Shown here: positions 9,678 to 19,335 of the stretch, piece by piece | How the letters are laid out: each line of letters opens with the position of its first letter | Position numbering within the stretch: the first letter of the stretch is position 1 | DNA from: Candidatus Buchananbacteria bacterium | Lineage (GTDB): Bacteria; Patescibacteriota; Patescibacteriia; Buchananbacterales; UBA6539 | Assembly: GCA_013359225.1 (NCBI GenBank) | Contig: JABWCG010000001.1 | Location: 276,441 to 340,440, forward strand | DNA: 64,000 nt | Direction: 5' to 3' | Position numbers and translations under genes: made by a program | Notes under the pieces: model-generated | Database searches by the model: none | Seen by the model: the letters and a program-made list of their open reading frames with translations, nothing else | What the model was told of the DNA's origin: nothing

Positions 9678-11285
9678 ATGTTAAAAAAAATTCTTAATCA
9701 GGAATCAAAAAGTTTAACGTCCGCCGCGATTGTTTTAGGGGTGGCATCTTTGGTTTCCCGCCTGTTAGGAGTGCTGCGGGATCGCGTTTTGGCTGGAGAG
9801 TTTGGCGCCGGCGTTGAACTTGATATGTATTATTCGGCGTTTCGGATTCCGGATTTAGTTTTTAATTTGTTAGTTTTGGGGGCATTGTCCGCCGGATTTA
9901 TCCCGGTTTTTACCGGGTATTTAAGCAACAAGAAAAAAGCTTGGGAGCTGGTTAATAATATTTTGAATGTTTTGATCGTCGCTTTGATGCTGTTGACTAT
10001 CTTTTTAGCAATCTTCGCGCCCTGGCTGGTTAAAATAATCACCCCTGGTTTTGGTCCGGAACAGTTAAAAATCACTACGCTGCTGACTAGGATTATGTTT
10101 TTGTCGCCAATTCTACTAGGAATTTCCGGCATCTTTGGCAGCGTGTTGCAATCAATGAAGCGGTTTTTTATCTACTCCGTAGCGCCAATTCTTTATAACG
10201 TCGGTATTATTGTCGGCGCCTTGGTATTTTCGCGCTATTGGGGAATTTATGGTTTGGCCTGGGGCGTAGTCTTTGGCGCCTTGATGCATATGATTATTCA
10301 GATCATTGCGGCGTTTACTTTGGGCTATCGCTACCAGTGGCAGTTTCAAATTACCGATAAAGGGTTGATCAAAATTTTAACCATGATGGTGCCGCGAACG
10401 CTCAGTTTGATTATTGCGCAGATTAATTTATTGATTGTGACCATTATTGGTTCAACTCTAGCCGTTGGTAGCATTGCCATTTTTAACTTGGCAAACAACA
10501 TCCAAAGTTTTCCGTTGGGAATCTTTGGTGTTTCCTTTGCTATCGCGGCGTTTCCGGCGCTGTCGGAATTGGTGAAAAAGAAAAAACAGTTTATTGAAAC
10601 ATTATCAATCACCATGCGTCAAATTCTATTTTTTATTGTCCCGGCGTCCGCCTTATTGATAGTTTTGCGCGCCCAAGTAGTTCGTGTAGTGCTTGGTAGC
10701 GGTCGGTTTGACTGGGAAGACACTGTTTTAACACTTGAAACATTGTCGTTATTTTCATTCAGTCTTTTTGCTCAGGCACTAGTAATGGTTTTAGTTCGCG
10801 CCTTTTTCGCGCTGGAAGACAGTAAGACACCATTTTATACCGGCTTAGTTAACGCCTTGGCGAATATCATTTTGGCGGTGATGTTAGTTGAGCCCTTTGG
10901 CGTGGCTGGTTTGGCGATTGCGTTTTCTCTTTCAACCATTTTAAATTTAGTATTATTGCTGTTAATCCTCCATTACCGACTTGGTAAATTAGACGGCGAT
11001 AAAATTGCGCTGTCGTCAGTTAAAATTTTAGTCGCTACTTTTATGCTGGCAATTACTGCTCAGGCGATCAAATACCCGTTGGAACAAAGTTTTGGCACTC
11101 AAACGCTTGTTGGTATTGGTTTACAAACCATAGCGGCAACCACTGGTGGCCTGCTGGTTTATTTTGCCATTTCCTGGCTACTCAAAAGCGAAGAGCTTGA
11201 TATCTTAATTTCTAGCTTACGCAAGAAATTATTGCGGCGTCCGGCCATCGCCGAAGAAATTATTGAGAAAGAAAAGTTAACTTAG
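9678..11285 (+). CDS. murJ: Lipid II flippase MurJ (MviN).
   Basis: N-terminus LLGVLRDRVLAGEFGAGVELDMYYSAFRIPD is diagnostic of MurJ; 14-TM MOP-superfamily topology; 535 aa. Confidence 0.9.
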   Translation: MLKKILNQESKSLTSAAIVLGVASLVSRLLGVLRDRVLAGEFGAGVELDMYYSAFRIPDLVFNLLVLGALSAGFIPVFTGYLSNKKKAWELVNNILNVLIVALMLLTIFLAIFAPWLVKIITPGFGPEQLKITTLLTRIMFLSPILLGISGIFGSVLQSMKRFFIYSVAPILYNVGIIVGALVFSRYWGIYGLAWGVVFGALMHMIIQIIAAFTLGYRYQWQFQITDKGLIKILTMMVPRTLSLIIAQINLLIVTIIGSTLAVGSIAIFNLANNIQSFPLGIFGVSFAIAAFPALSELVKKKKQFIETLSITMRQILFFIVPASALLIVLRAQVVRVVLGSGRFDWEDTVLTLETLSLFSFSLFAQALVMVLVRAFFALEDSKTPFYTGLVNALANIILAVMLVEPFGVAGLAIAFSLSTILNLVLLLLILHYRLGKLDGDKIALSSVKILVATFMLAITAQAIKYPLEQSFGTQTLVGIGLQTIAATTGGLLVYFAISWLLKSEELDILISSLRKKLLRRPAIAEEIIEKEKLT

Positions 11286-11758
11286 TTTCTACTATTTCAG
11301 CCACCTTTTTATAATATTATTTTGTCTGACACTTTTTTAGAAAAAGTGTCCAAAAATCGTAAGCCTGGTGACAAAACTGACATAATTTTTACGCTCCCAA
11401 CGCTAGGTGTCGTAAACTCGTTGCTTGTTGCTCCTCAGACATACGACACCTTAAAGGCGCGTTGGTCACTAAAATTATGAAACGTTTTTCAAGGCTTGCC
11501 TAGATAATTAAATAATGCCGGCACTAGCAAACGTAGAGAATTTTAGTGAACAATATGACCATCCTTTTGCTTGTTTGAGGAACATAGTGACGAGTTTGCA
11601 AAAGGATAGTATTGTGAACGTTGAAAAATTCTTACAGTTTGGCTATCTGCCGGCGATTTTGGAGCCACCTTTTTACAAAGGTGGCTAAGATTTTTGCCAA
11701 AGTATCAAAACGATCACTATTGATTTTAGGCCAATTTCTTGGTATGCTAGTTTCTGTT

Positions 11759-13534
11759 ATGGACCAAAAAATAAGAAATTTTTGTATCATCGCACATATT
11801 GATCACGGCAAGTCCACACTGGCGGACCGCTTTTTAGAATTGACCAATACCATTTCCAAGCGGGAAATGAAAGAGCAGCTGCTTGATCAAATGGACATTG
11901 AACGCGAGCGGGGAATTACCATTAAGCTTCAACCGGCGCGAATGAAATGGCACGATTATGAATTAAATTTAATTGACACTCCTGGTCACGTGGACTTTAG
12001 TTATGAAGTTTCGCGCAGTTTAGCCGCAGTTGAAGGTGCGATTTTATTAGTAGACGCGTCTCAGGGTGTGCAGGCGCAAACCGTAGCCAATTTATATTTA
12101 GCGCTTGAACAGGGTTTAGAAATTATTCCCGTCTTAAATAAAATTGATTTACCAAACGCGGACGTTCCCCGAACAACTGACGAAATTTGCAAACTAACTG
12201 GCTGCAAGCCAGAAGATGTTTTGAAGGTTTCCGGCAAGACCGGGCAAGGAGTTGACTTATTGTTACAGGCGATTGTGGACCGGGTGAGCGCACCCAAAAC
12301 TAACACCAACCCCTTACGAGCTTTGGTGTTTGATTCCAACTACGACGAATATCGCGGGATTGTGGCGCAAATTCGGGTGATGGATGGTGAAATCAAGCAA
12401 GGCGATAAAATTAAATTAACTTCCACCAAAAAAGAAACAGAAGTGCTGGAAGTCGGTTACTATACGCCAAAGATGAAAAAATCTGCTTCCTTAAAGTCGG
12501 GTGAAATTGGCTATGTGGTTACCGGCTTAAAAAGCATTGAAGACTGCCGGGTTGGCGACACGGTGACATTGTTTGATACCAACGTTGAAATGTTGAAAGG
12601 CTACAAAGAAGTTAAGCCAATGGTATTTGCCGGACTGTTTTGCAAAGAAGGAAACGAATATCCGCGTTTGCGCGAAGGCATTGAAAAATTAAAGCTTAAT
12701 GACGCGGCCTTGATGTACGAACCGGAAAATTCGCAAGCCCTCGGCTTTGGTTTTCGTTGTGGTTTTTTAGGGCTGCTCCATTTGGAAGTTATTCAAGAGC
12801 GGCTCAAACGTGAATTTGGACTTGATTTGGTGGTTACTGTACCAAGCGTTGCGTATAAAATTACCAAAACTGATGGTACCGTCATCACTATTCACAGTCC
12901 GCAGGAGCTGCCATCACCGGACAAAATCAATAAAGTCGAAGAGCCGATTATGAATGTGGATATTTTTTCACCCAAAGAATACCTGGGCGGAATTATGCAG
13001 CTGGTGGCCCAAAAGCGGGGGATTTATCTAAACACTGAATATTTAGACGACAAGATTGTTGTGCTTCATTATCACATTCCTTTAACCGCCTTGCTGGTTG
13101 ATTTTTATGACAAGCTAAAAAGCATTTCTGCCGGCTATGCTTCGCTTAACTATGAATTTTTAAATTACCAAACTACGGAAGTCGTTAAACTTGATATTTT
13201 AGTGGCTGAAGAAATTGTGGAATCACTAGCCTCAATTGTCTATAAGGATGAAGCGTTTACCATCGGTAAAAAGATTGTTAATTCGCTCAAAGAAACCTTA
13301 CCGCGCCAGCAGTTCGTTTTGAAAATTCAAGCGTCGGTTGGTAGTAAAGTGATTGCCGCGGATCGATTAAGCGCTCTACGCAAGGATGTAACTGCTAAAC
13401 TCTATGGTGGTGATTACACCCGCAAACGTAAACTTCTTGAAAAACAAAAGAAGGGTAAGAAAAAGATGTTGGCGCATGGTACTGGGAAGGTTGATATTCC
13501 AACTGAAGCATTTTTGGCAGTTTTGAAGAAATAG
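11759..13534 (+). CDS. lepA: Translation elongation factor 4 (LepA).
   Basis: MDQKIRNFCIIAHIDHGKSTLADR G1 motif, DTPGHVDF G3 motif, and the LepA-specific C-terminal region. The ATG at 11759 was chosen over the upstream 11621 ORF start. Confidence 0.95.
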   Translation: MDQKIRNFCIIAHIDHGKSTLADRFLELTNTISKREMKEQLLDQMDIERERGITIKLQPARMKWHDYELNLIDTPGHVDFSYEVSRSLAAVEGAILLVDASQGVQAQTVANLYLALEQGLEIIPVLNKIDLPNADVPRTTDEICKLTGCKPEDVLKVSGKTGQGVDLLLQAIVDRVSAPKTNTNPLRALVFDSNYDEYRGIVAQIRVMDGEIKQGDKIKLTSTKKETEVLEVGYYTPKMKKSASLKSGEIGYVVTGLKSIEDCRVGDTVTLFDTNVEMLKGYKEVKPMVFAGLFCKEGNEYPRLREGIEKLKLNDAALMYEPENSQALGFGFRCGFLGLLHLEVIQERLKREFGLDLVVTVPSVAYKITKTDGTVITIHSPQELPSPDKINKVEEPIMNVDIFSPKEYLGGIMQLVAQKRGIYLNTEYLDDKIVVLHYHIPLTALLVDFYDKLKSISAGYASLNYEFLNYQTTEVVKLDILVAEEIVESLASIVYKDEAFTIGKKIVNSLKETLPRQQFVLKIQASVGSKVIAADRLSALRKDVTAKLYGGDYTRKRKLLEKQKKGKKKMLAHGTGKVDIPTEAFLAVLKK

Positions 13535-13552
13535 TATGACTGCTATCGTCAA

Positions 13553-13591
13553 AAAGAGGTCTTAGATTCAGTTCTAGGACCTTGTTTTTTC
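13553..13591 (+). terminator. Rho-independent terminator after lepA.
   Basis: Hairpin gaggtcttaga-ttcag-ttctaggacct followed by tgtttttt. Confidence 0.75.
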
Positions 13592-13704
13592 GCTTAAAAC
13601 GAGCCGTAGCTGAACGTTTTACGCTAGTTCATGGATATTTTATAAACTTGCTTTTTGGCTTAGCTGAGAGTAAAATTTTAGGTACTATAATCAACAATAA
13701 AACT

Positions 13705-13851
13705 ATGACTGAAGAAAATTCTCTACAAAAATTTATCAAAGATCTCAAAGAACAAAGAGCAGCGTTGCTTAATGGGTATGCAGATAATCAAAGTTTAGAA
13801 AAACTTTCAGAAAATTTTGATAAAATTATTACAACAGATGAAAATAACTAA
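13705..13851 (+). CDS. Small (48 aa) predicted helical protein, translationally coupled to the downstream ATPase.
   Basis: ATG 13 nt after a TATAAT box (13687-13692). The stop codon overlaps the ATPase start (ATGAAAATAACTAA). AT-rich island composition. Confidence 0.45.
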   Translation: MTEENSLQKFIKDLKEQRAALLNGYADNQSLEKLSENFDKIITTDENN

Positions 13852-16225
13852 ACTGACAATTAACGGGTTTCGAGGCTTTAATGAGAAAGAAGTTATTGAT
13901 GTAAATAATAATATAGTTATTATTTATGGTTTAAATGGTTCTGGAAAAAGCAGTTTTACGGAGGCATTAGAATGGTTATTTTTTGACGCAATTAGTCGGC
14001 AAAGGTTATCAAGATGTAAATCTGACTACAGATATGAAGAATATTTAAAAAATGTATTTTATACAGGAAGTGAGCATCCTTTCGTTGAGGTAGAGGGAAT
14101 TTTAGATGGAAAAAACATTAAATTAAGAAAAGAGATGGCATCCGGAGGGAATAAACATTATATTGATGACATAGAAAAAGAAAATTTTAAATCACTAAAT
14201 TTAAAATTGGATGATTATTTTAGACCAATGCTAGCTCAAACAGAAATTAAATCTTTGGTAGATTCTGAGCAAAAAGATCGATGGGAACAACTATCTAGTA
14301 TCTTAGGTCAAGATAGTCTGACGAAACTGCGTGAAAGTTTAATGCAGCTAAAAAGTCAAAAACGAGATGATTCTTACAAAAGCACTGAAAGAATTTGGCA
14401 ATCTGTTGTAGTTGAAACAGAATCACTTGCTGAATTGAAATTATTAGTAGATCCTTTAAAGAAATTAGATGAAAAATCTGTTTTAGAAAAAGTTAATGAA
14501 GTTTTTGGTACAAAAGAGTTGGCCTCTTTAGAGGCGCTAGCTGAGAAGATTAAAATAAAACAAAAGGCTTCTTTAAATACAGAGGTAGGTAAAAGAGTGG
14601 CCCAAGTGAATTATCAAGAAATTAAAACAATTGAGCCATATTTAGGAGAACTTAAGTACTACGCTGAAAAATTGGAAGAATTTTCTCATCAATCAACAAA
14701 AGATGGGGTAAATCATAGACACATTAACTTTTTAAAAACAGGGTTAGAGTTTTGTAATCCACCAGAATGTCCTTATTGTACTGAAAAGACAATCACAGAA
14801 CAAAAGATTAAAAATATAGAAGACACTATCCATAAAGCTAAAGATGCTAGTAAAGCGATGGAAAGCATAGACGAAAATAAAAAACTTTTAGAAATTTGGG
14901 AGTCTGGATTAGCGTCAGAAGTAGAGAAAATTTTTCCAGATCGACGAGAACTTAAATTAATCTCACAAAATTTAATGAGTTTGCAAGAGATTGATTTGGC
15001 GGCATTAGTTCAGGGACTAGAAAAAGATATTGATAGCTATAAGTTAGAAATTAAAAAGTTTGTTATTACACAGAAGGGTGCTTTGTATTCATATTTACGA
15101 AATAAATATTTTGTTTCAGGATCAACTGATGATGTGTACCCGGAAGATCTTGATAAGGTCGTAGGCTTTGTTGAGGATAAATTCATTCATGCTAATCAAA
15201 GATGGAACGAAATAAAAATTAAAATTACTGAAAAACTGCCAAATTTTGGAGAAGATGACACTGCAGAGATAAAAAAATGGTTTGTTTTAGAAAAAATTGT
15301 AAAGTTTTTTTACAACAATAAAAAATTTATTAAAAAAACAAAGTTACTGGACGTAGTAGAAAAGTTAAGATTAGACTTAGAAAATTATGAAAAATCAGAG
15401 GTTGACAGACTTCTGCAGGAACATTCTGAAGAAATCAAAAGTTACTATGACTCTTTGAATCCTAATGATGATGTAAAATTTTCAAAGATAGAAGTTGGTG
15501 ATGGCGTAAGAAGACAAGCAAAACTAAAAGGAGAGGCTTATGGCCAGGATATTAATCCTGTAACATTTTTCAGTGAAGCGCACACTAACAGTCTTGCTTT
15601 AAGTATTTACTTTCCACAAAGAGTTGACAGAAATACTACTTGGAATACGGTTGTTTTAGACGACCCTGTTCAATCAATGGACGAGAATCATTCACACGCT
15701 TTATTAAAAATATTATCAGATATCTCGGAAAAAAAACAAATTATAATTTTAACTCACTCAAAATCTTTTGCTAGGAAAGCCTCAGCATTATTTTCTCATA
15801 AAAATCCTTTAGGGTATTCATTTTATTACAATGATAAAAAGGGTCCTAAGGTAGAAATAAACAATGCAGAAACACTTACATATTTAGATAGGGCAGAAGA
15901 TCAAGCTAAAAAGGGAGATCCGAAGTCACTAGAAGAAGCTTCTCAAAATTTAAGAAAGTCTATAGAATCTCTATGTTTTGAATTTCTTATATCAAAAGGA
16001 GTAGGATTTAATACAGCTAAGAAAAAACAAGAAGAGGGGCTTAAAACTTTATTTTCAGTCTCGGAAAGTAATGGTCTTCCTTCTAGTGAGATTAGTAAGA
16101 TGAAAAGTTTTCTAGATACCTCGCATGCTAACTCTCATGCATGGAGTGTCGCAGACACAACTCCCGGAGGTGTTAACCTAGGAATAAAAGAAATGCGAGG
16201 GATTTATTCTACTTATTTAGCATAA
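13838..16225 (+). CDS. Rad50/SMC-like ABC ATPase with a coiled-coil zinc hook and a C-terminal ~140-aa domain; candidate RloC-like anticodon nuclease or defense ATPase.
   Basis: MKITKLTINGFRGF...IIYGLNGSGKSS Walker A. Long K/E-rich coiled coil containing CNPPECPYC (CxxC hook). Degenerate signature FSEAHTNSLALSIYF, Walker B/D-loop VVLDDPVQSMD, H-loop IILTHSK. About 30% GC versus about 42% in the flanks. Confidence 0.6.
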   Translation: MKITKLTINGFRGFNEKEVIDVNNNIVIIYGLNGSGKSSFTEALEWLFFDAISRQRLSRCKSDYRYEEYLKNVFYTGSEHPFVEVEGILDGKNIKLRKEMASGGNKHYIDDIEKENFKSLNLKLDDYFRPMLAQTEIKSLVDSEQKDRWEQLSSILGQDSLTKLRESLMQLKSQKRDDSYKSTERIWQSVVVETESLAELKLLVDPLKKLDEKSVLEKVNEVFGTKELASLEALAEKIKIKQKASLNTEVGKRVAQVNYQEIKTIEPYLGELKYYAEKLEEFSHQSTKDGVNHRHINFLKTGLEFCNPPECPYCTEKTITEQKIKNIEDTIHKAKDASKAMESIDENKKLLEIWESGLASEVEKIFPDRRELKLISQNLMSLQEIDLAALVQGLEKDIDSYKLEIKKFVITQKGALYSYLRNKYFVSGSTDDVYPEDLDKVVGFVEDKFIHANQRWNEIKIKITEKLPNFGEDDTAEIKKWFVLEKIVKFFYNNKKFIKKTKLLDVVEKLRLDLENYEKSEVDRLLQEHSEEIKSYYDSLNPNDDVKFSKIEVGDGVRRQAKLKGEAYGQDINPVTFFSEAHTNSLALSIYFPQRVDRNTTWNTVVLDDPVQSMDENHSHALLKILSDISEKKQIIILTHSKSFARKASALFSHKNPLGYSFYYNDKKGPKVEINNAETLTYLDRAEDQAKKGDPKSLEEASQNLRKSIESLCFEFLISKGVGFNTAKKKQEEGLKTLFSVSESNGLPSSEISKMKSFLDTSHANSHAWSVADTTPGGVNLGIKEMRGIYSTYLA

Positions 16226-16235
16226 GTAGGTGTTT

Positions 16236-16298
16236 AAACTAGACATCCAATGGTCTAGTAATGAAAATCAAAAAAACCGGGATTAATTCCGGTTTTTA
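16236..16298. terminator. Bidirectional terminator pair between convergent genes.
   Basis: Palindrome ctagacatccaatggtctag, then aaaaaaccgggattaattccggttttt (GC stem flanked by A and T runs). Confidence 0.75.
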
Positions 16299-16329
16299 AA
16301 AATTAATAAATAAATTTTAGATGGTTATA

Positions 16330-16587
16330 TTACTTATTCTCTAAAATCCAACTCTGACATTTTTTAGCCCAACTGATCGGCATCTTCTCAGAAGCAAGCT
16401 CGACACCTCGTCCGATAATTTTTAGATTACTCTCGCCCCAACCTTTAACATCAATTGTCACTGTTTCAATATCATTAATCGGCACACGAAAAGTTCGACC
16501 ATAAGGATGTTGATAGTTTAAAAAACCATTTTCCATTTTTAGAGTTCCACCGGCACCGAAAGCTAGCCGTAAAATCTTTTTGTCCAT
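16330..16587 (-). CDS. Hypothetical small protein (85 aa), possibly PH-like.
   Basis: Clean ORF convergent on the terminator; no motif recognised. Confidence 0.5.
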   Translation of the reverse strand: MDKKILRLAFGAGGTLKMENGFLNYQHPYGRTFRVPINDIETVTIDVKGWGESNLKIIGRGVELASEKMPISWAKKCQSWILENK

Positions 16588-16666
16588 AGTTTTTAAGATT
16601 ATTTTAAATCATTAATCAAAATCATGCATTGCGTATGAGTGTAAAGCTCAAGAGTTACCAACTTTT

Positions 16667-16771
16667 TTAGTAAAAAGCCGGGCCGATGGTCCAAATAATC
16701 ATTGAAATAGTAATCATCAACACCAAAACAAACCAGATGATTTTTTTAAGTTTTTCGTGTCTTTTTGCCAT
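16667..16771 (-). CDS. Possible 34-aa single-TM micropeptide (MAKRHEKLKKIIWFVLVLMITISMIIWTIGPAFY).
   Basis: Manually read ORF upstream of the 85-aa gene on the same strand; no clear SD. Confidence 0.2.
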   Translation of the reverse strand: MAKRHEKLKKIIWFVLVLMITISMIIWTIGPAFY

Positions 16772-16830
16772 ATATTTGATATTATTTTAGCACTTTATTT
16801 TTACCAAGTAAAATGTTAAAATAATATCCT

Positions 16831-18546
16831 ATGTCTGAAATGAATTGGCAGGTTGCTGCCGCCGTCCCTAAAGAGTTTAGCGATAAATTCCCGGAAATTA
16901 ACCCGATTGTTTTACAGCTGCTCTATAACCGCGGCATTAAAACGCAAGAAGCGGTTGACGAGTTTTTAAACCCTGATTATGGTGCTGATATCCATAGTCC
17001 TTTTTTATTTCGGGATATGGAAAAAGCGGTGACTAGAATTTTACAGGCTGTTGAGGAAAAGGAAAAAATCGTTGTCTATGGCGATTACGACGCCGACGGT
17101 GTCTCATCTTCGGCGGTGATGGTAGAAACCCTCGCCAAGCTTGGTGCGGACGTGGACGTCTATATCCCGTACCGTGAAACGGAAGGCTACGGTTTAAATA
17201 AAGAAGCCGTATTAGAACTTTCAAAGCGAGGAGTGAGCCTGGTGATTACGGTTGATTGCGGCATTTCTAATGTTGAAGAAGTCAGGCTCTTAAACGAAAA
17301 CCATATTGATATTATTATTACTGATCATCATCATGAACCGCCAACATTGCCGGAAGCGTTTGCAATCATCAATCCAAACGTGGCGGCTGAAACCTACCCG
17401 TTTCGCAGTTTGGCTGGTGTTGGTGTGGCATTTAAAGTCGCTCAGGGTTTAGTGTTAAGACACAAAAATTTTAAAGTCACGCCCATTCCCGAGGGGTGGG
17501 AAAAATGGCTTTTGGATTTGGTGGCTATTGGCACCATTGCTGACTTGCAGTTGCTGCTTGGTGAAAACCGCACGTTAGTCAATTATGGTTTAGTGGTACT
17601 GCGAAAAACCAATCGGCTTGGTCTGCGTGAGTTGCTTAAATCTACCAATGCTGATTTAGCAAGCGTGGACGAGCAAGTCATTGGCTGGCAAATTTCACCG
17701 CGCCTGAATGCGGCCGGCCGGCTTAATCATGCCAGTTCGGCATATCAGTTGTTAATCACGCAAAGCCCGGAAGAAGCGTTAAAACTTACCCAGGAATTAA
17801 ACCAGACTAATCAGGAACGCCAGCAGCTGACCGAAAAAGTAAAAACGGAAGCTCGTGAAGTCTTAGGACAATTTAACGGCGAGAAAATTTTGATTGCCGT
17901 CGGTAAAAATTGGCCGACCGGTGTGGTTGGGCTCGTTGCTGGGCGCATTACCGATCAATGGCACCGTCCGGCGCTGGTAATTAGTCACTATAATGGCGAA
18001 ATTATCGGCTCAGGCCGCAGTATTGCGGAATTTAACATTATTGAGGCTTTGGATGAATGCCGGGAATATCTGGCCCGTTATGGCGGCCATGCCCAGGCCT
18101 GCGGTTTCACTGTTAAAGACGAAGCTAATCTAAAGCTGTTTATTGAAAAAATCAAAACACTGGCCGAAACCCAGCTGGCCGGAAAAGACATTGCCAAGTC
18201 GCTTTTTATTGATGCCCAAGTTGAACTTGAAAATGTTGATTGGCACTTGTTTGAACAATTAGAAAAGTTTTTTCCGCATGGTGTCGGCAACTATAAGCCC
18301 CGGTTTGTGGCGCACGATTTAAACATCAAAGAAATTCAAACCGTTGGCAAAGACGGTCGGCATTTGCGTCTGATGGTCCAGCATAAAACTCAAATCATCC
18401 GCAAAACAATCGGGTTTACATTTGGTGAATGGCGGGATAAACTTAAACCCGGAGATAAAATTGACATGGTGTTTGAGGTTGATGTCAACGAATGGAATGG
18501 TAATCGTGAATTGCAGCTAAAAATTATTGATTTAAAATCAAAATGA
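16831..18546 (+). CDS. recJ: Single-stranded-DNA-specific exonuclease RecJ.
   Basis: DHH phosphoesterase motifs (VYGDYDADGVSS, IITDHHH), a DHHA1 region, and a C-terminal OB-like domain; 571 aa. Confidence 0.9.
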   Translation: MSEMNWQVAAAVPKEFSDKFPEINPIVLQLLYNRGIKTQEAVDEFLNPDYGADIHSPFLFRDMEKAVTRILQAVEEKEKIVVYGDYDADGVSSSAVMVETLAKLGADVDVYIPYRETEGYGLNKEAVLELSKRGVSLVITVDCGISNVEEVRLLNENHIDIIITDHHHEPPTLPEAFAIINPNVAAETYPFRSLAGVGVAFKVAQGLVLRHKNFKVTPIPEGWEKWLLDLVAIGTIADLQLLLGENRTLVNYGLVVLRKTNRLGLRELLKSTNADLASVDEQVIGWQISPRLNAAGRLNHASSAYQLLITQSPEEALKLTQELNQTNQERQQLTEKVKTEAREVLGQFNGEKILIAVGKNWPTGVVGLVAGRITDQWHRPALVISHYNGEIIGSGRSIAEFNIIEALDECREYLARYGGHAQACGFTVKDEANLKLFIEKIKTLAETQLAGKDIAKSLFIDAQVELENVDWHLFEQLEKFFPHGVGNYKPRFVAHDLNIKEIQTVGKDGRHLRLMVQHKTQIIRKTIGFTFGEWRDKLKPGDKIDMVFEVDVNEWNGNRELQLKIIDLKSK

Positions 18547-18947
18547 GTAAAGCAATAATTCATACCGATGGCGGTGCTAGGGGAAACCCCGGCCCGGCCG
18601 GTATTGGTGTGGTGATTGAAATTAATGGCCAAACCCACCACTTTAAAAAATTTATCGGCGAGACCACTAATAACCAAGCCGAATACCAAGCTGTTATTTT
18701 AGCGTTGGAAAAAGCCAAAGAACTTGGCGTCGAAGAAATCGATCTGTTTTTAGATAGCGAACTGGTGCAGCAGCAATTGGTCCAGAAATATAAAGTTAAA
18801 AATGTTGATTTAGCGCCATTGTTTGTAAAAGTTTGGAATCTGGCAATGGGGTTTAAAAAAGTCAGATACACGCACGTTCGTCGGGCCGACAACAAAGCCG
18901 CTGACCGCTTAGTTAATGAGGTCTTGGACGAACAGCTAAAAAAATAA
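18543..18947 (+). CDS. rnhA: Ribonuclease H (type I, short form).
   Basis: HTDGGARGNPGPAGIGVVI...NNQAEYQAVILALE...DSELVQQQL...RADNKAADRL carries the RNase H catalytic residue pattern. Start overlaps the recJ stop (ATGA). Confidence 0.8.
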   Translation: MSKAIIHTDGGARGNPGPAGIGVVIEINGQTHHFKKFIGETTNNQAEYQAVILALEKAKELGVEEIDLFLDSELVQQQLVQKYKVKNVDLAPLFVKVWNLAMGFKKVRYTHVRRADNKAADRLVNEVLDEQLKK

Positions 18948-18954
18948 CTTTTGT

Positions 18955-19287
18955 ATGCAGCCAGAAATCAGTTCACATGAGGTGCACAGCCGACTAAAAA
19001 ATCAACAGCCCTGCACGCTGCTTGATGTTAGAACTAAAGAAGAGTTTGATCGCGCCCACATTCAGGGTGCGCTGTTTTTACCACTTGATGAAATTTCTCA
19101 ACTCTCTTTGACTAAATTAGGTCTGGAGAAAAACCAGGAAATAATCGTTTATTGTTTGAGCGGTCCGCGTGGATTTGACGCCGCTAAAATTTTAGCCAAC
19201 TTGGGATATACCAACGTCAAAAATATGACCAGTGGACTGCTGGCCTGGCGCGCCAATGGCTACAGTTTTTTGGTTTCCGGCCAGTAA
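18955..19287 (+). CDS. Single-domain rhodanese-like sulfurtransferase.
   Basis: Active-site loop YCLSGPRG and the rhodanese fold signature ...GYTNVKNMTSGLLAW. Confidence 0.8.
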   Translation: MQPEISSHEVHSRLKNQQPCTLLDVRTKEEFDRAHIQGALFLPLDEISQLSLTKLGLEKNQEIIVYCLSGPRGFDAAKILANLGYTNVKNMTSGLLAWRANGYSFLVSGQ

Positions 19288-19300
19288 TATTTAGAAATAA

Positions 19301-19335
19301 AAAAACACCTCGCATCAACTCGAGGTATTTTTTAT
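19301..19335. terminator. Bidirectional rho-independent terminator (rhodanese gene on +, rnpB on -).
   Basis: aaaaaacacctcg-catcaa-ctcgaggtatttttt: hairpin flanked by an A-run and a T-run. Confidence 0.75.

Noticed and set aside
11621-11758. N-terminal extension of the lepA ORF (46 extra aa).
   Set aside because: The conserved LepA N-terminus begins at the ATG at 11759 (MDQKIRNFCIIAHIDHGKS). The extension crosses an intergenic hairpin region.
12061-12339. 92-aa minus-strand ORF.
   Set aside because: It is antisense within lepA.
13582-13704. Longer 89-aa version of the small ORF preceding the ATPase.
   Set aside because: It begins inside the lepA terminator. A TATAAT box at 13687-13692 and the AT-rich composition favour the ATG at 13705.
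13838-16225. Interpretation as the chromosomal condensin SMC.
   Set aside because: Too short (795 aa). It has a CxxC hook rather than an SMC hinge, a foreign base composition, and no scpA/scpB partners.
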